Notes: generated by a model from the letters alone, not told the origin. Counted from the stretch's first letter, positions 40,384-54,650 are shown. The stretch is DNA of 64,000 bases from Octopus vulgaris (GCA_951406725.2 OX597826.1:12090001-12154000); one strand, 5' to 3'. Program-made: numbers and translations.

Positions 40384-40935
40384 GGTATTTTGTTTAATTT
40401 ATAAGCAAACTCAATGAATCTCTCAATTTTTAGAGCTATTCCTTCAAACCCAATATAAGGAAAAGCAAATTTGCCCCATGTTGTTTGCACATCTGTAGCA
40501 ACAATCTGGTTGCATTGCTTCGCTGTGGGAGAAGTTTTCGATATCTATTCTTCACGTTTTCTTAGGTATACTTAATGGTGGAATACATCAGACTTTGATG
40601 AAGTCATTGCTGTAGGAAATTCCGCAGGAAATCCATATGCTGAATTACGGCTTTTACTTCTAGTTGGCATTATATAATTTTAAATATATAAATTATTACA
40701 GCTTAAACTTATGTAGGTATTTTTGTAAAACTATAATAAAATTCAGCTCTGAAATAATCTAAAAAACAGAAAATCATTTAACAAATGTATTCATTTTCTA
40801 AAAACATAATTCATTGAACGCATATTGAAAAGTTGTAATTTTACCATTTTGGAGGGGTAACTACCTACCAATTGGTTTATATCTCAGTGTCTTTGCTATT
40901 TTTTGTCATCAGATATTTTAAACAAGGTTTCTACA

Positions 40936-41251
40936 TTCAAATATGATCGAATGTTTAAATACCCATAAGCAATTTAGTATACACGTATTAGAGATTATAT
41001 GATTATAATATTAGAGTATTTATTTTTTTGCGGGGTACGCGATGGGTACGAGGGGCGGTCACTCTAATTTTCAGTTATCTTATTTCAAATATGATCGAAT
41101 GTTTCATACCCATAAGCAATTTAGTATACATGTATTAGAGATTATATGATTATATGATTAGAAAATTAGAGTATTTATTTTGGGGTGGGGGGAGAGTACG
41201 CGATGGGTACGAGGGGCGGTCACTCTAATTTTCAGTTATCTTATTTCAAAT
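40936..41251 (+). repeat. ~150-165 bp tandem duplication
   Basis: TTCAAATATGATCGAATGTTT...GCGATGGGTACGAGGGGCGGTCACTCTAATTTTCAG twice. Confidence 0.9.
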
Positions 41252-41305
41252 ACTATTGTGTGCATACCGTAGAGTTACGGTTCCTTAAAAATGGTTGTTT
41301 GGACC

Positions 41306-41355
<50 letters not shown>

Positions 41356-42369
41356 GTGTGTGTGTGTGTGTGTGTATTTATGTATGTATATATATATTGT
41401 ATAAAAGATCGTGGGTAAGGTCAAAACGATATGAAGTAAATGCAAAGAAAATCACACGAAAACAAATATTTGAATTATCGGGGTTATGATCCCATTTTCA
41501 AGAAATTGACGAATGTTGCCGATGTGCGTGTGTGTGAGCGTGTGTGGAGTAGACATGCGCGGAAGGGTGTTGCTATAGCAACAAACTAGCTTCCTGTAAC
41601 TCCCTTCCATTGTTGATCTTGGGTTTCTTTTGCTATAGGAGGATGGCCTGTATGTATATATGTGTGTTTCTTTGTATCTGTGTTAGTCTCCCAACCATCA
41701 CTTGACAACCAATGCTGGTGTGTTTATGTCCCCGTAAGTCTACGTTTTGTCTACGTGCGAGCTTGTGTGCGTTCGAGTGTGTATGTGTATGTGTGTGTGT
41801 GTGTGAGTGGGTGTGAGTGGGTATTTGTGCATATATTTTGCGTTTTTCAAAGAGATATTTGTGTAACGCCGTGGTAGGATGGTGAGAGGAGGTGTTATGA
41901 TAAGAGGAGGAATGAACAGGTAGAAGGAAGTGATACTGGAAAAGTTAGCAATCAATGATGAGGAAGCCAAAAGCTAAGAATGAAAGATGGCAGAATTGCA
42001 CAATGAAGAATTTACGATGGAAAGAATAGAAAATGACAAAACGAAACATTTTTTAAATTAAAAAATACCTCATAGAGAAAATCTAAATCTTATTTATTTA
42101 TTCTATTGCTCTAGCTTAACCAAAAGTACCTTTTTATGTTGAATGCTACGCTTCTTTTCCATTTCTCTGTCTCATTTCTGAACAGTCAGCTTATCATCAT
42201 AATTTATATCCAGTTAATGTTGAATATATTCTCTTCTGTATTCTTTTATTATACTTAAATCTCCTTTTTCGTTTCGTCGTTGTTTGATTTCGATTTTTGA
42301 ACTCAACCTTTTCCCTCTGCAATTTTCAGGTATCCTTTCCTTTTACACGTGTTGTTTAGTGATGCAAAT

Positions 42370-42632
42370 GTTGTTGTTTGTTCCTTCTCGAGCCATGCCT
42401 GGCTCATTAGGGCCGGTTTCCCGGTTTCTTGGCGTATAGGTTCCCCACCAGAACGGTACGCCGATCCATCGCAGGTGAGAGCCAGCAGAAGTTCGCCATT
42501 ACCTTCTGTCGAAGCCGCGTGGAGCTTAGGTGTTTCGCTCATAAACACACACATCACCCGGTCTGAGATTCGAACCCGCGATCCTTCGACCGCGAGTCCG
42601 CTGCGCTAACCACTAGGCCATGTGCCTCCACC
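42370..42632 (-). mobile_element. SINE family C-related, (CAA)n tail
   Basis: TSD GATGCAAAT at 42361/42633. Confidence 0.9.
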
Positions 42633-42900
42633 GATGCAAATCTGAACAAACACAAATGTTCACAAAATAAGAGACCCCTCAATACAATACATGACACTAT
42701 TACGAAATCCTGTCGTATCACAGTTTCACCATGTCACAATACTTACAGTATGTCATATTCACTACAATATGAAATAAACGTCAATCATGAAATACTTATT
42801 TCTCTCCTATTCTCTGCTTTCTTCCACGTGATGCCTATCTATTGATACATTTGACAAAGTGAACATTCTGAGAATTGAATATATTGGCTACTTACATAAT

Positions 42901-43330
42901 GAAATACCTATTTCTTTACTACCCACAAGGGGCTAAACACAGAGGGGAGCAAACAAAAGGACAGACAAACGGATTAAGTCGATTACATCGACCCCAGTGC
43001 GTAACTGGTTCTTAATTTATTGACCCCCGAAAGGATGAAAGGCAAAGTCGACCTCGGCGGAATTTGAACTCAGAACGTAACGGCCGACGAAATACCTATT
43101 TCTTTACTACCCACAAGGGGCTAAACACAGAGGGGCGAAAACAAGGACAGACAAACAGATTAAGTCGATTACATCGACCTCAATGTGTAACTGGTACTTA
43201 ATTTATCGACCCCGAAAGGATGAAAGGCAAAGTCGACCTCGGCGGAATTTGAACTCAGAACGTAACAGCAGATGAAATACGGCTACGTATTTAGCCCGGC
43301 GTGCTAACGATTCTGCCAGCTCGCCGCCCT
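42901..43330 (-). mobile_element. SINE family B head-to-tail dimer
   Basis: Two units, junction ~43090-43100, one flanking TSD CTACTTACATAAT. Confidence 0.9.
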
Positions 43331-43741
43331 CTACTTACATAATACAATACCGTTGCTGAATACTATTCAGAGAATCTCCATTAAGAAGGACAAACATTCT
43401 TTAAAGTCTTGCTTTGAATGATTTATTCTTGAGATGAAAATAATTCGCCTTTTGATATATTGCATGATAACGAAGTTCGAAATGAGGTTGCGGAATACAA
43501 AACAATGACAATTAATTAAAAATGATTTAGTATGTAATTAGCTTAGTTCTGTCCAATATAGCAACACTATAGCCTCGCTAAATAAGAACATTATCAAGCC
43601 TCAGTGATAACGTGATACTTTATTAATAGTATGATAATAGTGTAAGATATCAGAATATTATCAATTTTTCATAGATAAGTAGAAAAGAGGAGTGTTTTTG
43701 TGGGGATGAGTAAATTGTATGAATCTGACAATCTATTAGCT

Positions 43742-46295
43742 CAATGGTTCTCAAACTTTTCAGGAAGATTTACAAGCAGGTCCCCTTACAGTTTTTTTCC
43801 GTGATTTGCGGTCCCCTATAAAATGCAGAATAGTTAACATGGTAAACATTTCATTCGCGTATCGCAATTTCCGGTCTATGAACCGCACTGCCATAGACCC
43901 GCAACCCCGAAAACCACAACTTAATCGACGCAATGCCCCATTGAGGTCCAATAAATATATATGAAGTTATGGGAAATCAGTTCATCAATTGGTTACAAAA
44001 TAAATGAGAAACGAAAACAGTCCGAAAATATCCGGAGCATCCGGTATTAACAACCGCGTTAGACCCACTTACGTTCATTTGGCAGAAAGAAACCACGTTT
44101 CATACACCGAAAACTACGTTACACATACATCACAGTGGTTCTTGAACTTTTGATATCACCTTCCTCTTTTTTCCAGGTTTGCGATACTATTCCTCCCCAT
44201 CGTTAGGTCATTCTTTATGTTGATTATCCAAGGGGTGCATTTCAACTAATTAAGCTATTTTAAGCAGAGGAATTGTGATGGCATCCCAGAATGTACAGAA
44301 GTTTCTGCTAATTGGACCACTAGTATGCACGGAAGACCACTATTTTCTCCTCCTCTGGAGGTTTTCCATCCTCTTTTATGAATACCTGGTACATAACATG
44401 ACAACAAAACAAAATTATGTAAGAAATTATTTATTCACAAAAGCAGACCATTTTACTTAAAGCAAAGTAACCAGCTCTTCGATGTTCGGCTCCGTTTCGG
44501 AGACGGAAACCCTTATTTCTGGTGTGACATTCAGTTTATCCTGTAACTTCTTTTTGATGGTAAGGAAAGTGGGAAACGCTGTCTCACACAATGCAATACA
44601 TGAATGCAATACATTGGAAATGGCAGCAGTGTTTTAAGAGACATCTTTGCAATATCAGGGTATGACCGTACCATTTCAATCCAAAAATCAAAACAACACA
44701 TTACTGACAGCTAACAGACGGTAGTTGAGTGTGTTTGCTTTGATAAAGTTCATCGCTGGAATCTCGTAATTCAGAACATCTTTTCACTATTAGTGCTTAT
44801 CGATAAACTGTGCAGTGTGTATCAACAGTACCTGAAGATTTTTCTTTCACCAAAGTCTCTGAAAACCGGAATGGCAACCAAACATTACCGGAGCGCCGTC
44901 GGTGCACACGCCAATGGTATGCTCCCAGTTGATATGTGCCTCAAAAAGTTTTCCACCTTCTTAAATATTTCCCTTGCGGTTATTATGGTACTGAGGGTTT
45001 TAGAAAACAAGAATTTGTCCGCTAGGTGATTGTTATGTACATAGCGTATATAGACGCAAAGATGGGCTAAGTATGAAACATCCGCTGTTACATTAAGTTG
45101 GATCGCAGAAAAGTTCAAAACTGAATTTTGAAACTTAGAGACCAACTGCGACAGAAAGTTATCAACAGCTCAGTTATTCTGTTGCTAACAGTATCGTTTG
45201 AGAGAGGAAGACATGCTTCAGCTTCTGAAGTTCAGAACCTCCTAGCACATGACATGATAGCTTTGCAGCAAGGAAATATAAACTCTTAGCCGATATTTTG
45301 GGGGCATTTTGGCAACGGCTATTTTCCTTGAAACGTGGTAGGACGCTTTTAAACCAGCCGTAATGTCGTAACATTCCCGTATCATCAAGTCTGGATTTCT
45401 TCAATCTGTCGGCTTCGTGTCTGAAGAAGTCGACATCTCTATTGAACTGGGATAGTTCGTTTTAAAGTTCCTCTTTAACATGCTGGGCTTTAGTGAAATA
45501 GATACCAAAACCTCGGAGTACAAAACACACTGGTTTCCTTCTCCGCCAGACTTTACCACAGTATAACCGGATTTCAAATAAGATTCGTCATATCTCATTT
45601 ACTCTTTTGGAGGCATTATAAAAAAAGATAAAATTCAGTAGACCAATTTAATATATTACATTATATTTATTTCGAAATTATCATGTACTACAGGTGTGCA
45701 TATATTCCTTAGTGTAGCTAGCTTTTAGGTGCACAATAAACAATAAAGCTTACCTCTCGCTATTAATAAAAGTGCAGGTGAGCGTTGTTTTGTCCGTAGG
45801 TAAATCCCCAGGAATTCATAACCGTTTAGAAGACAGTCCTGTTCGAACACGTTGCCATGGAAAACAACCTTGTCTTATACAGCCCAGCCACCATACGAAG
45901 TAAGAATTATCTCGTAAAGGGCAAGGTCACGCGGGAACATGCACGAGTGAGGATAACAGCAAGAGACAGACACACGTGTGGATTGCAATAGTGGAGTGAT
46001 GAATCATGTGAGCGTAGAATACCGACAGCACATGCACGATCAACAGTTATACTCGCATATTTTCCATCGACCAATCACACTTGTTGTACAACAAGTTTCA
46101 TTAGTAAATGAATGTGGGTTTTTGAGGTCAACGACAAAAAAGGACGATACCATGCAGAAAATTGAAAGTATTGACATTTAAAACATAATTGTCTCAAGCC
46201 ACCCGCTTTCACGATACTTCAGTGTCCTTTCACGGTCCCCTAAAATTGCATCGCAGTACCCTAGGGGGCCTCAGACCCCAGTTTGAGAACCTCTG
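43742..46295 (-). mobile_element. Buster/Charlie-type hAT transposon, decayed
   Basis: TIRs CAATGGTTCTCAAAC / GTTTGAGAACCTCTG; flanks TATTAGCT/CACTAGTT fit an NNNTANNN TSD. Confidence 0.8.
44460..45616 (-). pseudogene. hAT (Buster/ZBED5-like) transposase pseudogene, internally deleted
   Basis: RYDESYLKSGY...QCVL.SEVL..SLKPSMLKR BED-like region; FWIEM..YPDIAK...LLPFP; CETAF...K.KL hATC region. Confidence 0.85.
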
Positions 46296-47191
46296 CACTA
46301 GTTGTTTACCCGTATGTGAAGTGTGGATGAGTAGACTTGTGGACAAGAACAAAGACAACCGTTATAAACTGTTCTTGTTTAAAATACGATGCGCTTTGAA
46401 CCACACTTACAATGGGTCCTTCCTTTTAAATTCGATAGGATGCTATAATGGAAGATAAATAGCTGCTATTTCTAACATTCTGAACAACCACAATCAGTTT
46501 GGTTTTATTTTTTATTTATTTTTTAAAACAATGAATCGGCTCTGATGGAGCAAACCGATGATCAAAGGCTTTCCAGCCTTGACCATCCTGTAATATCATC
46601 AGAATGTATCTATGACAACATTATCCAATGTATCCTTTTCTAAGATGAAAGAATGCAATTTTGGGGGAGACTTTTCTGCTATTTTTATCAGTTATTACAA
46701 GCAGATGGATGTCTCCATCATTGGACCTTGTTATAATTTAGTTGTTCAAAAAGTTACATGAAGATTTCGACTTTCTAATAGAAATTAAATTGATTTCCCT
46801 CAAACTTGTAAACTAATGAAATACAAAATAATTAAAAATTACTCGGACTACTTATATGTATTCGAGCGTGTATAATTAAAGTTGTGCAACCTGCACGATA
46901 TGAAAATTTGTAATTTGTAAATAGACATAGTTCCCATAAGCAGATTCGGAATACCAACTCCATGATCGGGAGAGGGCAATACCCTATTCGATTCAACCAG
47001 ATATGGCTGTCAGGGAATAAGAGAATAAGTAAAAGAAAGTCTATAATTCCAGTGATCTATGGAATAAATAATAACACTGACTTTTTCTCTGACAGTTATT
47101 GTAGCATGAAGACTGACATAAAGCCGATTTATAAACGGCTTTGAAAACTTCCATTGTGGGTTTTGATGTTTATCCGACTGCCGTTAGCGTA

Positions 47192-47290
47192 ACTACTGTT
47201 GTTGCTGATACTACTACTTTGCTTTCACTACTGTCGTTGCTGATACTACTACTTTGCTTTCACTACTGTTGTTGCTGATGCTACAGCTTT
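47192..47290. repeat. 35 bp minisatellite, ~2.8 copies
   Basis: ACTACTGTTGTTGCTGATACTACTACTTTGCTTTC. Confidence 0.85.
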
Positions 47291-47522
47291 TGGTGTATTG
47301 TTTATTTCTAGAATAAATGTCTGAACTGAAATTTCTCTGAACAATCTTCGTGTAAGAATTCCAGCACCAAAAATCTACTCATTACTGCATAATGTTTTCT
47401 ACATGTAAAAATATGAAAATCTGACCACTTAAGACAGAAACAAAATACATATTGTATCCCACATCATATGTATAATATCTAAGTGTATCTTTCTCTCCCT
47501 CTCTCTGCCTCTCTGTCTGTCT

Positions 47523-47560
<38 letters not shown>

Positions 47561-47846
47561 AGAGAGACGAGAGCTTCGCCAAGTAAATTATTTTATTTAC
47601 TGAAGATAGCTTGAAACGACGGTATAGGAAATAGAGGGTAAATGTTTTTATTTTTCATTCTCTTTCAAAATTACCCCTAATAGTGGTTTGGAATTTAACT
47701 ACTCCTTCTAGCGGGTCAGATGTCCTGTTATAGCCATCTCTTATGTGTTTAAATGTACTCTGTATTTATACACACACACACACATACACATATATATATA
47801 TTTTTTTTCCCCTGTCTTCCCTTCTCGGGATCTTTCCTTCTCCTAT

Positions 47847-47881
47847 GTTTCCGACGAAGAGCTCCGCTCGAAACGTCAAAC
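47847..47881 (+). ncRNA. minimal hammerhead-like motif (U4C)
   Basis: GTTT-CCGACGA-A-GAGC/TCC/GCTC-GAAA-CG-TC-AAAC. Confidence 0.6.
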
Positions 47882-48584
47882 CCTCCTTCTTCCCTTCTTT
47901 CCTTTTTTCTTTCCTCATGAACGAATAGTAGGCAGGCAATCTCTTTTAACCTGGAGTCATTGTTTATCATTCTGTGAGCTTATCTCGCGACAGAAAGGTG
48001 TTGTGGCTTGCTACTCGCAGTCCCGAATATTTCATCAGATTAGTGCTTTTGTGTGGTCGTTCGAGTTCAATTTTGGCTCTAATTTCTAGCAAATATAGGT
48101 GTTACTTTGCACGCTCATTTATTAATTTTCCCTTTTTGGCTTTACTTGACTTAGCCACCTATATTATAAATTATCTAATATATTTTAATATCCTAATATA
48201 CTATTATAATATCTTATCGTTTTACTATATATATATACATATTTAAAGGTACCTTTAAAAGTTGTTTATATATACATTCATATATATATGCACCACCCCT
48301 CAATTACTACCCACCCCACTCCTACTCCTCTCCCAACTCTCCACCTCTTCCACTGCCTCCTTAATACTCTTTTTATGAACCCCACCTCTTCCTAAACGGA
48401 CTCTCTTATCCCTTCTTGCTTTTCCCTGCGCAACCCCCACACCATCACAAGACAACCGATGTTGGTGTGTCTACGTCCCTATGACTTAGCGGTTCGGCAA
48501 AACAAACAGATATTATAAGTACTAGACTTACAATGATTAAGTCCTGGGGTCGATTTGTTCGACTAAAGGTGGTACTCCAGCATG

Positions 48585-48817
48585 TATTTCTTTACTACCC
48601 ACAAGGGGCTAAACACAGAGGGGACAAACAAGGACAGACAAACGGATTAAGTCGATTACATCGACCCCAGTGCGTAACTGGTACTTAATTTATCGACCCC
48701 GAAAGGATGAAAGGCAAAGTCAACCTCGGCGGAATTTGAACTCAGAACGTAACGGCAGACGAAATACCGCTAAGCATTTCGCCCGGCATGCTAACGTTTC
48801 TGCCAGCTCGCCGCCTG
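48585..48817 (-). mobile_element. SINE family B nested in a family A 3' fragment (48450-48850)
   Basis: Family A sequence CTCCAGCATG|GTCGCAG is split by the B copy. Confidence 0.85.
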
Positions 48818-49140
48818 GTCGCAGCCCAATGACTGAACCAAATAAAAGAATAATAGAATTGAACCTAGATAGATTCCCATCTACCTGTGTTCAAGTGATA
48901 CCGTTCAGGTTTTCTAACCAACATTTTATGTTGCTTTGTTCCAAATCGTTTCCACTCCAGTAGACAGGTGATGAAGACTGTTCTAGCTTTTACTGACCTG
49001 TCTTTATTTTAGATACGATTTATCTGGGATCGCATTGTCAAGAATACCTTTTTAAAACTGTAAGGTGTGATGTGGGGAAGATGTTACAATAATACTGTAC
49101 GTCAAATTTCGAGCAACAGATTCAAGATTCCCTAAACAGG

Positions 49141-49609
49141 TACTCTCTTTTACTCTTTTACCTGTTTCAGTCATTTGACTGCGGCCATACTGGAGCACCG
49201 CCTTTTTTTAGTCAAGCAAATCGACCCCAGGATTTATTCTTTGTAAGCCTAGTACTTATTCTATCCGTATGTTTTGCCGAACTGCTAAGTTACGGGGACG
49301 TAAACACATCAGCATCGATTGTCAAGCGTAGTTGGGGGGACAAATACAGACACACAAACACACACACACAAACCAACACACACACACACACAAACGCACA
49401 CAGACACTCACACACACTCACACACACATATATATATATACATGTACATATATACGACAGACTTCTTTCAGTTTCCATCTATCAAATCCACTCACAAGGC
49501 TTTGGTCGGCCCGAGGCTATAGTAGAAAACACTTTCCCAAAGTTCCACGCAGTGGGAGTGAACCCGGAACCATGTGGTTGGTAAGCAAGCTACTTACCAC
49601 ACAGCCACG
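49141..49609 (-). mobile_element. SINE family A
   Basis: Similarity to consensus. Confidence 0.9.
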
Positions 49610-49859
49610 TTGATAATTGAGCAGTAGAGATTAGAGTTGAATCAATTGCTGGTGTTAATCGTAGTACATTTAATGCTCGTCGGGTTTCTTCACGTAATTT
49701 TTGCTTAATACTTGCAATTAGTGTCTTCGATGGAGTTTAGTAGTATGAGTTCAGATGCAAATTAAAAAATAGAATGTTTATTTAATGATATCAAGGTTAT
49801 ATTTATTCATCTCGATATTATTTTGAAAGGGGAATCTATTCCATATATGTCAGCATCAT

Positions 49860-50346
49860 GATCGTAAGATTGTGGTTTCCATTCCTGGACCGGGCGATGC
49901 GTTGTGTTCTTGAGCAAAACACTTCATTTCACGTTGCTCCAGTCCACAACGCTGCGATTGACTGGCGGCCCGTCCAACTGGGAAACAGATACGCCATTGA
50001 AGCCGGGAAACGGATCCCATAAACCTGGCTAGGCTTTAAAAGGGCGCATTTAAAATGGCCCAGTGGTTAGAGTAGCGGACTTGCGGTCGGAGGATCGTGG
50101 TTTGACTCTCAGACCTGGGGTTGTGTGTGTTTATTGAGTGAAAACACCTAAAAGCTTCACGACGCTCCGGCAGGGGGTGGTGGCGACCCCTGTTTTACTC
50201 CTTCGCCCCAACTGTTTCTCAATCTTTCTTCCTGTTTCTTGAGTAACGCTGCAATGGACTGGCATCCCGTCCAGCTGGGGGGAACACATACGTCACAGAG
50301 ACCGGGAAACTGGGTCCATGAGCCTGGCTAGTCTTGAAAAGGGCGA
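49860..50346 (+). mobile_element. two tandem family C-related SINEs with CTGCRATKGACTGGC core
   Basis: Partial 49860-50047 and fuller 50054-50346 share a tail ending AAAAGGGCG. Confidence 0.75.
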
Positions 50347-50494
50347 AAAGAAAAAAAAGAATCCATTACAGAGATCAATGCCATGATGCCTCAGTCGCTT
50401 TTCTTTTAAAGTTTTTAATATTTACATTTTCCTTAAATATTTTCGATGTTTGATTAAGAGAAGTAGTGAAAGCTGTAGATAAGGAAAGGATATA

Positions 50495-50900
50495 TTCTTT
50501 TACTTGTTTCAGTCATTTGACTGTGGCCATGCTGGAGCACCGCCTTTAGTCGAGCAAATCGCCCCCGGGACTTATTCCTTTGTAAGCCAAGTACTTATTC
50601 TATCGGTCTCTTTTGCCGAACCGCTAAGTTACGGGGACATAAACACGCCAGCATCGGTTGTCAAACAATGCTAGGGGGACAAACACAGACACACAAACAT
50701 ATACACACACACTTATATATATATATATACATATATACGACAGGCTTCTTTCAGTTTCCATCTACCAAATCCACTCACAAGGCTTTGGTCGGCCCGAGGC
50801 TATAGTAGAAGGCACTTGCCTAAGATTCCATGCAGTGGGACTGAACCCGGAACCATGTGGTTAGTAAAGAAGCTACTTACCACACAGCCACTCCTACGCC
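50495..50900 (-). mobile_element. SINE family A
   Basis: Full copy. Confidence 0.9.
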
Positions 50901-51602
50901 ACATATGTCACATTTCATTATAGATTTTGGAAAATTGCTTGAAAAGAGAGAGAAAAACATCAACTTGTAAATAACACTAAACTAAGTTCATCAATTGATT
51001 ACAAATTCTAGGTTTGGTCGTCTCTGAGGATCTTTTATGGTGACATATTTACCATCACAAAGGCTGCGTCTGAAACGGTAAAGCTCAATTTTCACGCCAG
51101 AAATTACTTCCTCACTACCTTACTTAAAATGTCTACTCTTGATCGAGTCGTGTAGACGTGTTTGGTATATCTTCAACCTGGCCGTTTATTACAGTCGATT
51201 TCTCCTAGCGAGAAAGAGAGGGAGAGAGAAGGAAAGAGAGGGAAATAGTTGGAGAGAGAAAGAGAGAGTGAGAGAGAAAGAGTGCAGAAGAGAAAGAGAG
51301 GAAGAAAGGAAATAGGGTGTGAGAGAATGAAGGAGAGACAGAGAGGAGATAGAGTGGGGAGAGAGATAAACAGGTACAATGATAGTAAGGGTAAAATGAA
51401 TCAATTTCAGTACTGAAACTAGTACATTATTTATCAACTTCGAAACGATGGCCGGTAAAATTTAATTTGGCGGAATTTGAACCCAGAGTGCAGTAAACCG
51501 GAACTCCTCACTGACAAAAAGAGAGAATAAAAGAACGAAAAAGGGATGATTGCTCGCATATTAGACCCTACAGCGTTTGTTAAGGGATTTTATACAACTT
51601 TG

Positions 51603-51992
51603 GTGGAGGCGCAATGGCCCAGTGGTTAGGGCAGCGGACTCGCGATCGCAGGATCGCGGTTTCGATTCCCAGACCGGGCGTTGTGTGTGTTTATTGAGCG
51701 AAAACACCTAAAAGCCCCACGAGGCTCGGTCAGGGGATGGTGGTGATCCCTGCTGTACTCTTTCACCAGAACTTTCTCTCACTCTTACTTCCTGTTTCTG
51801 TTGTACCTGTATTTCAAGGGGCCGGCCTTGTCACACTCTGTGTCACGCTGAATATCCCCGAGAACTACGTTAAGGGTGCACGTGTCTGTGGAGTGCCCAG
51901 CCACTTACTCGTTAATTTCACGAGCAGGCTGTTCCGTTGATTCGGATCAACTGGAACCCTCGTCGTCGTAACCGACGGAGTGCTTCCATACC
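51603..51992 (+). mobile_element. SINE family C, distinct tail type
   Basis: TSD ATACAACTTTG at 51592/51993. Confidence 0.9.
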
Positions 51993-52931
51993 ATACAACT
52001 TTGACACGTTATAGAGGCTATTGAGTGCAACGTAGTTTACTGTATAATAATAAATTACATTGCTGTGTAGTGTTGTAATGCAGAGAACGGAGTTGTATCA
52101 AAGTGAGGTTTGCAATATAACCAGGCCTCTACGGAATACACCACTGTGGGAATAGGAGCACGACTAACTACACTGCTTCTGTTATTGTTTGCGTTCTGCG
52201 ATTATTTGGATTGCTATCGTTGTTGCAGCACTCGCAACCGTTATTGCAGCTGTTGCTATTGCTGATGATATTACAGTAGTTGTTTAACCTTAACCCCTGG
52301 TTGGCTCGGATTCAGGCAACACGAGAATAAAGGCCCTCCAAACTATGATCAACGTAAATAATTTCTAGTCATTCGCAAATAGTGTGCCCCGTTCAATATT
52401 TCCGAACGTCTTCTCATTCAAGAGGGCAAGTAGTGGCTTGAGGGAGATTTGGCTGTTATTTCTGGTACGGCATTTTAACTGCTCACACTGCTATATATAA
52501 AGGTGATTTTGATGTTGTGCCTAGCGTTACTATGCGACTAAGGTTACTGCATTTCTGATAGCATCCAATGTTGCTATCGTGCAGAAAATCTTATAACTTT
52601 AATTGCCAATGCAAGCAATGCTTCTTTATTGCTGTTGTTATTGTTATGATAATTAATGCAACTACAGTTGTAACATGATGCATTGTTGCTTTTCTTGTTG
52701 CTATTGCGATTATCACAGCTGGTGTAGTTATTCTTGCCAACGCTTTTAATAACCATAGCAACACTATCATCGTTGCTATCGTTGTTGCTCCAGTTGTTAC
52801 AATTGATGTTATTAAAGCTGTCACTGCATAACGTGATTCTGTCATTGTTGCCATGGAGATTACAATGGATGCAGCTAGAGTTTTCAGAACATGCACAGTT
52901 GCTATCGCTGTTACTATTATTAGAATCAAGG

Positions 52932-53345
52932 TAAAGCGACGAGCTGACAGAGAACTCTGTATGCCGGGTGAAATGCTTAGCGGCATTTCGTCCGTTCTAA
53001 CGTTCTTGCCCCAAATTCCGCTCTGGTCGTCTTTGCATTTCATCCTTTCAGGGCCGATGAAATAAGTACCAGTTACGCACTGGGTCAATGGGATCGACTA
53101 ACCCCCTACCGCGAAATTTCAGGTCTTGTGCTAATAGTAGAAATGATTACTAGAATTAAGGTAAGGGTGCTGGATTGGCGGAATCGTAAGAGCGACGGTA
53201 CTTGTTCTGGCAGGTTTACATCCCGAGTTCAAATTCAGACATGGTCAGCTTTACTTTTCATTTGTTTGGCTCAATTAAATAAAGTACCAGTGTTGTATTA
53301 AGGTCGATATAATCGGCTAAACTCTCCCTCTGCCCATCGTCTTCT
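52932..53345 (+). mobile_element. two diverged family B SINEs
   Basis: B head and core at ~52932 and ~53162. Confidence 0.65.
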
Positions 53346-53414
53346 GCCTGTTAGAAACAATTAGAGTTTATCTAACTATTGCTGTCCCTGCAAGCAATGT
53401 TGCTATACTCTCTT

Positions 53415-53858
53415 CTACTCTTTTCACTCTTTTACTTTTTTCAGTTATTTGACTGTGGCCTTGCTGGAGCACCACCTTTAGTCGAGCAAATCGACCCCAG
53501 GACTTATTCTTTGTAAGCCTAATACTTATTCTATCGTTCTCTTTTGCCGAAGCGCTAAGTTACGGGAACGTAAACACACCAGCATCGGTTGCCAAGCGAT
53601 GTTGGTGTGGGACAAACACAGACACACAAACATACATACACACCATGCACACACACACACATACATACACACACATACACACACACACACATATACGAAG
53701 GACTTCTTTCAGTTTCCATCTACCAAATCCACTCACAAGGCTTTGGTCGACCCGATCTATAGTAGAATACACTTGCCCTAGGTACCACGCAGTGGGACTG
53801 AACCCGGAACCATGTGGTTGGTAAACAAGCTACTTACCACTCAGCCACTCCTGCGCCT
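53415..53858 (-). mobile_element. SINE family A
   Basis: Full copy. Confidence 0.9.
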
Positions 53859-54007
53859 ATCGTTGTGGATATTATTAGAGGAGACGTAAATATTATCGTC
53901 AGAGTTTACAGTGTTGTTATCGTCGCTGTTACCTTAATTAGAGGTGAGGTAGTTGTCAGTGTTAGCACTGCTGCAAATGTTATTAACGTTTTTATTACAC
54001 TTGATGT

Positions 54008-54215
54008 AAAGGTGGCGAGCTGACAGAATCGTTAACACGCCGGACAAAATGCTGAACAGTAATTCATCCGTCTGTACGTTCGGAGATCAAAATGCGTCGA
54101 GGTCGACTTTGCATTTCATCGCTCCCGATGAAATAAGTACCAGGTCAGCATTGGGGTCGTTGTAATCGACCAGCCCCTTAAACCAAAATTTCACACCTTG
54201 TGCTTATTGTAGAAA
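54008..54215 (+). mobile_element. SINE family B, diverged
   Basis: AAGGTGGCGAGCTGACAGAATCG head. Confidence 0.75.
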
Positions 54216-54419
54216 GAGCTATTAAACTTGACGTAACTATAATTGTGATTACCTGCAGTGTTGCTCTCGTTGTTGCTGTTAAATTTGCAGTTGTTGTTCT
54301 TTAGTTCCAAATATGCTCTGAGTGTGCCTTCTTTTCTCAATCACAAGATGTATTTGTGACGATACGAACCTGTAAAACTTTTGAAAGGACACGGTAATAT
54401 TAATGTAATACGGACGATT

Positions 54420-54650
54420 AAGGCGGTGAGCTGGCAGAGACGTTAGCACGCCGGGCGAAATGCTCAGCAGTATTTCGTCGGTCGCTACGTTCTGAGTTCA
54501 AATTCCGCCAAGGTCGACTTTGCTTTCATCCTTTTGGGGTCGATTAAATAAGTACCAGTTACGCACCGGGGTCGATATAGTCGACTTAATCCGTTTGTCT
54601 GTCCTTGTTTGCCCTCTGTGTTTAGCTCCTTGTGGGTAGTAAAGAAATAG
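54420..54650 (+). mobile_element. SINE family B
   Basis: TSD GTAATACGGAC at 54405/54650. Confidence 0.9.

Larger units (their letters stand above)
39449..41310 (-). mobile_element. possible decayed DNA transposon (hATm-like?)
   Basis: TAGGGTGG at left; broken minus frame from ~40670 (MPTRS...YGFPAEFPT...DV...VATDVQTTWGK); subterminal duplication; right TIR unconvincing. Confidence 0.3.

Noticed and set aside
51603-51675. tRNA-like sequence
   Set aside because: SINE head with A/B boxes that continues into the SINE body and is flanked by a TSD; not called a tRNA gene
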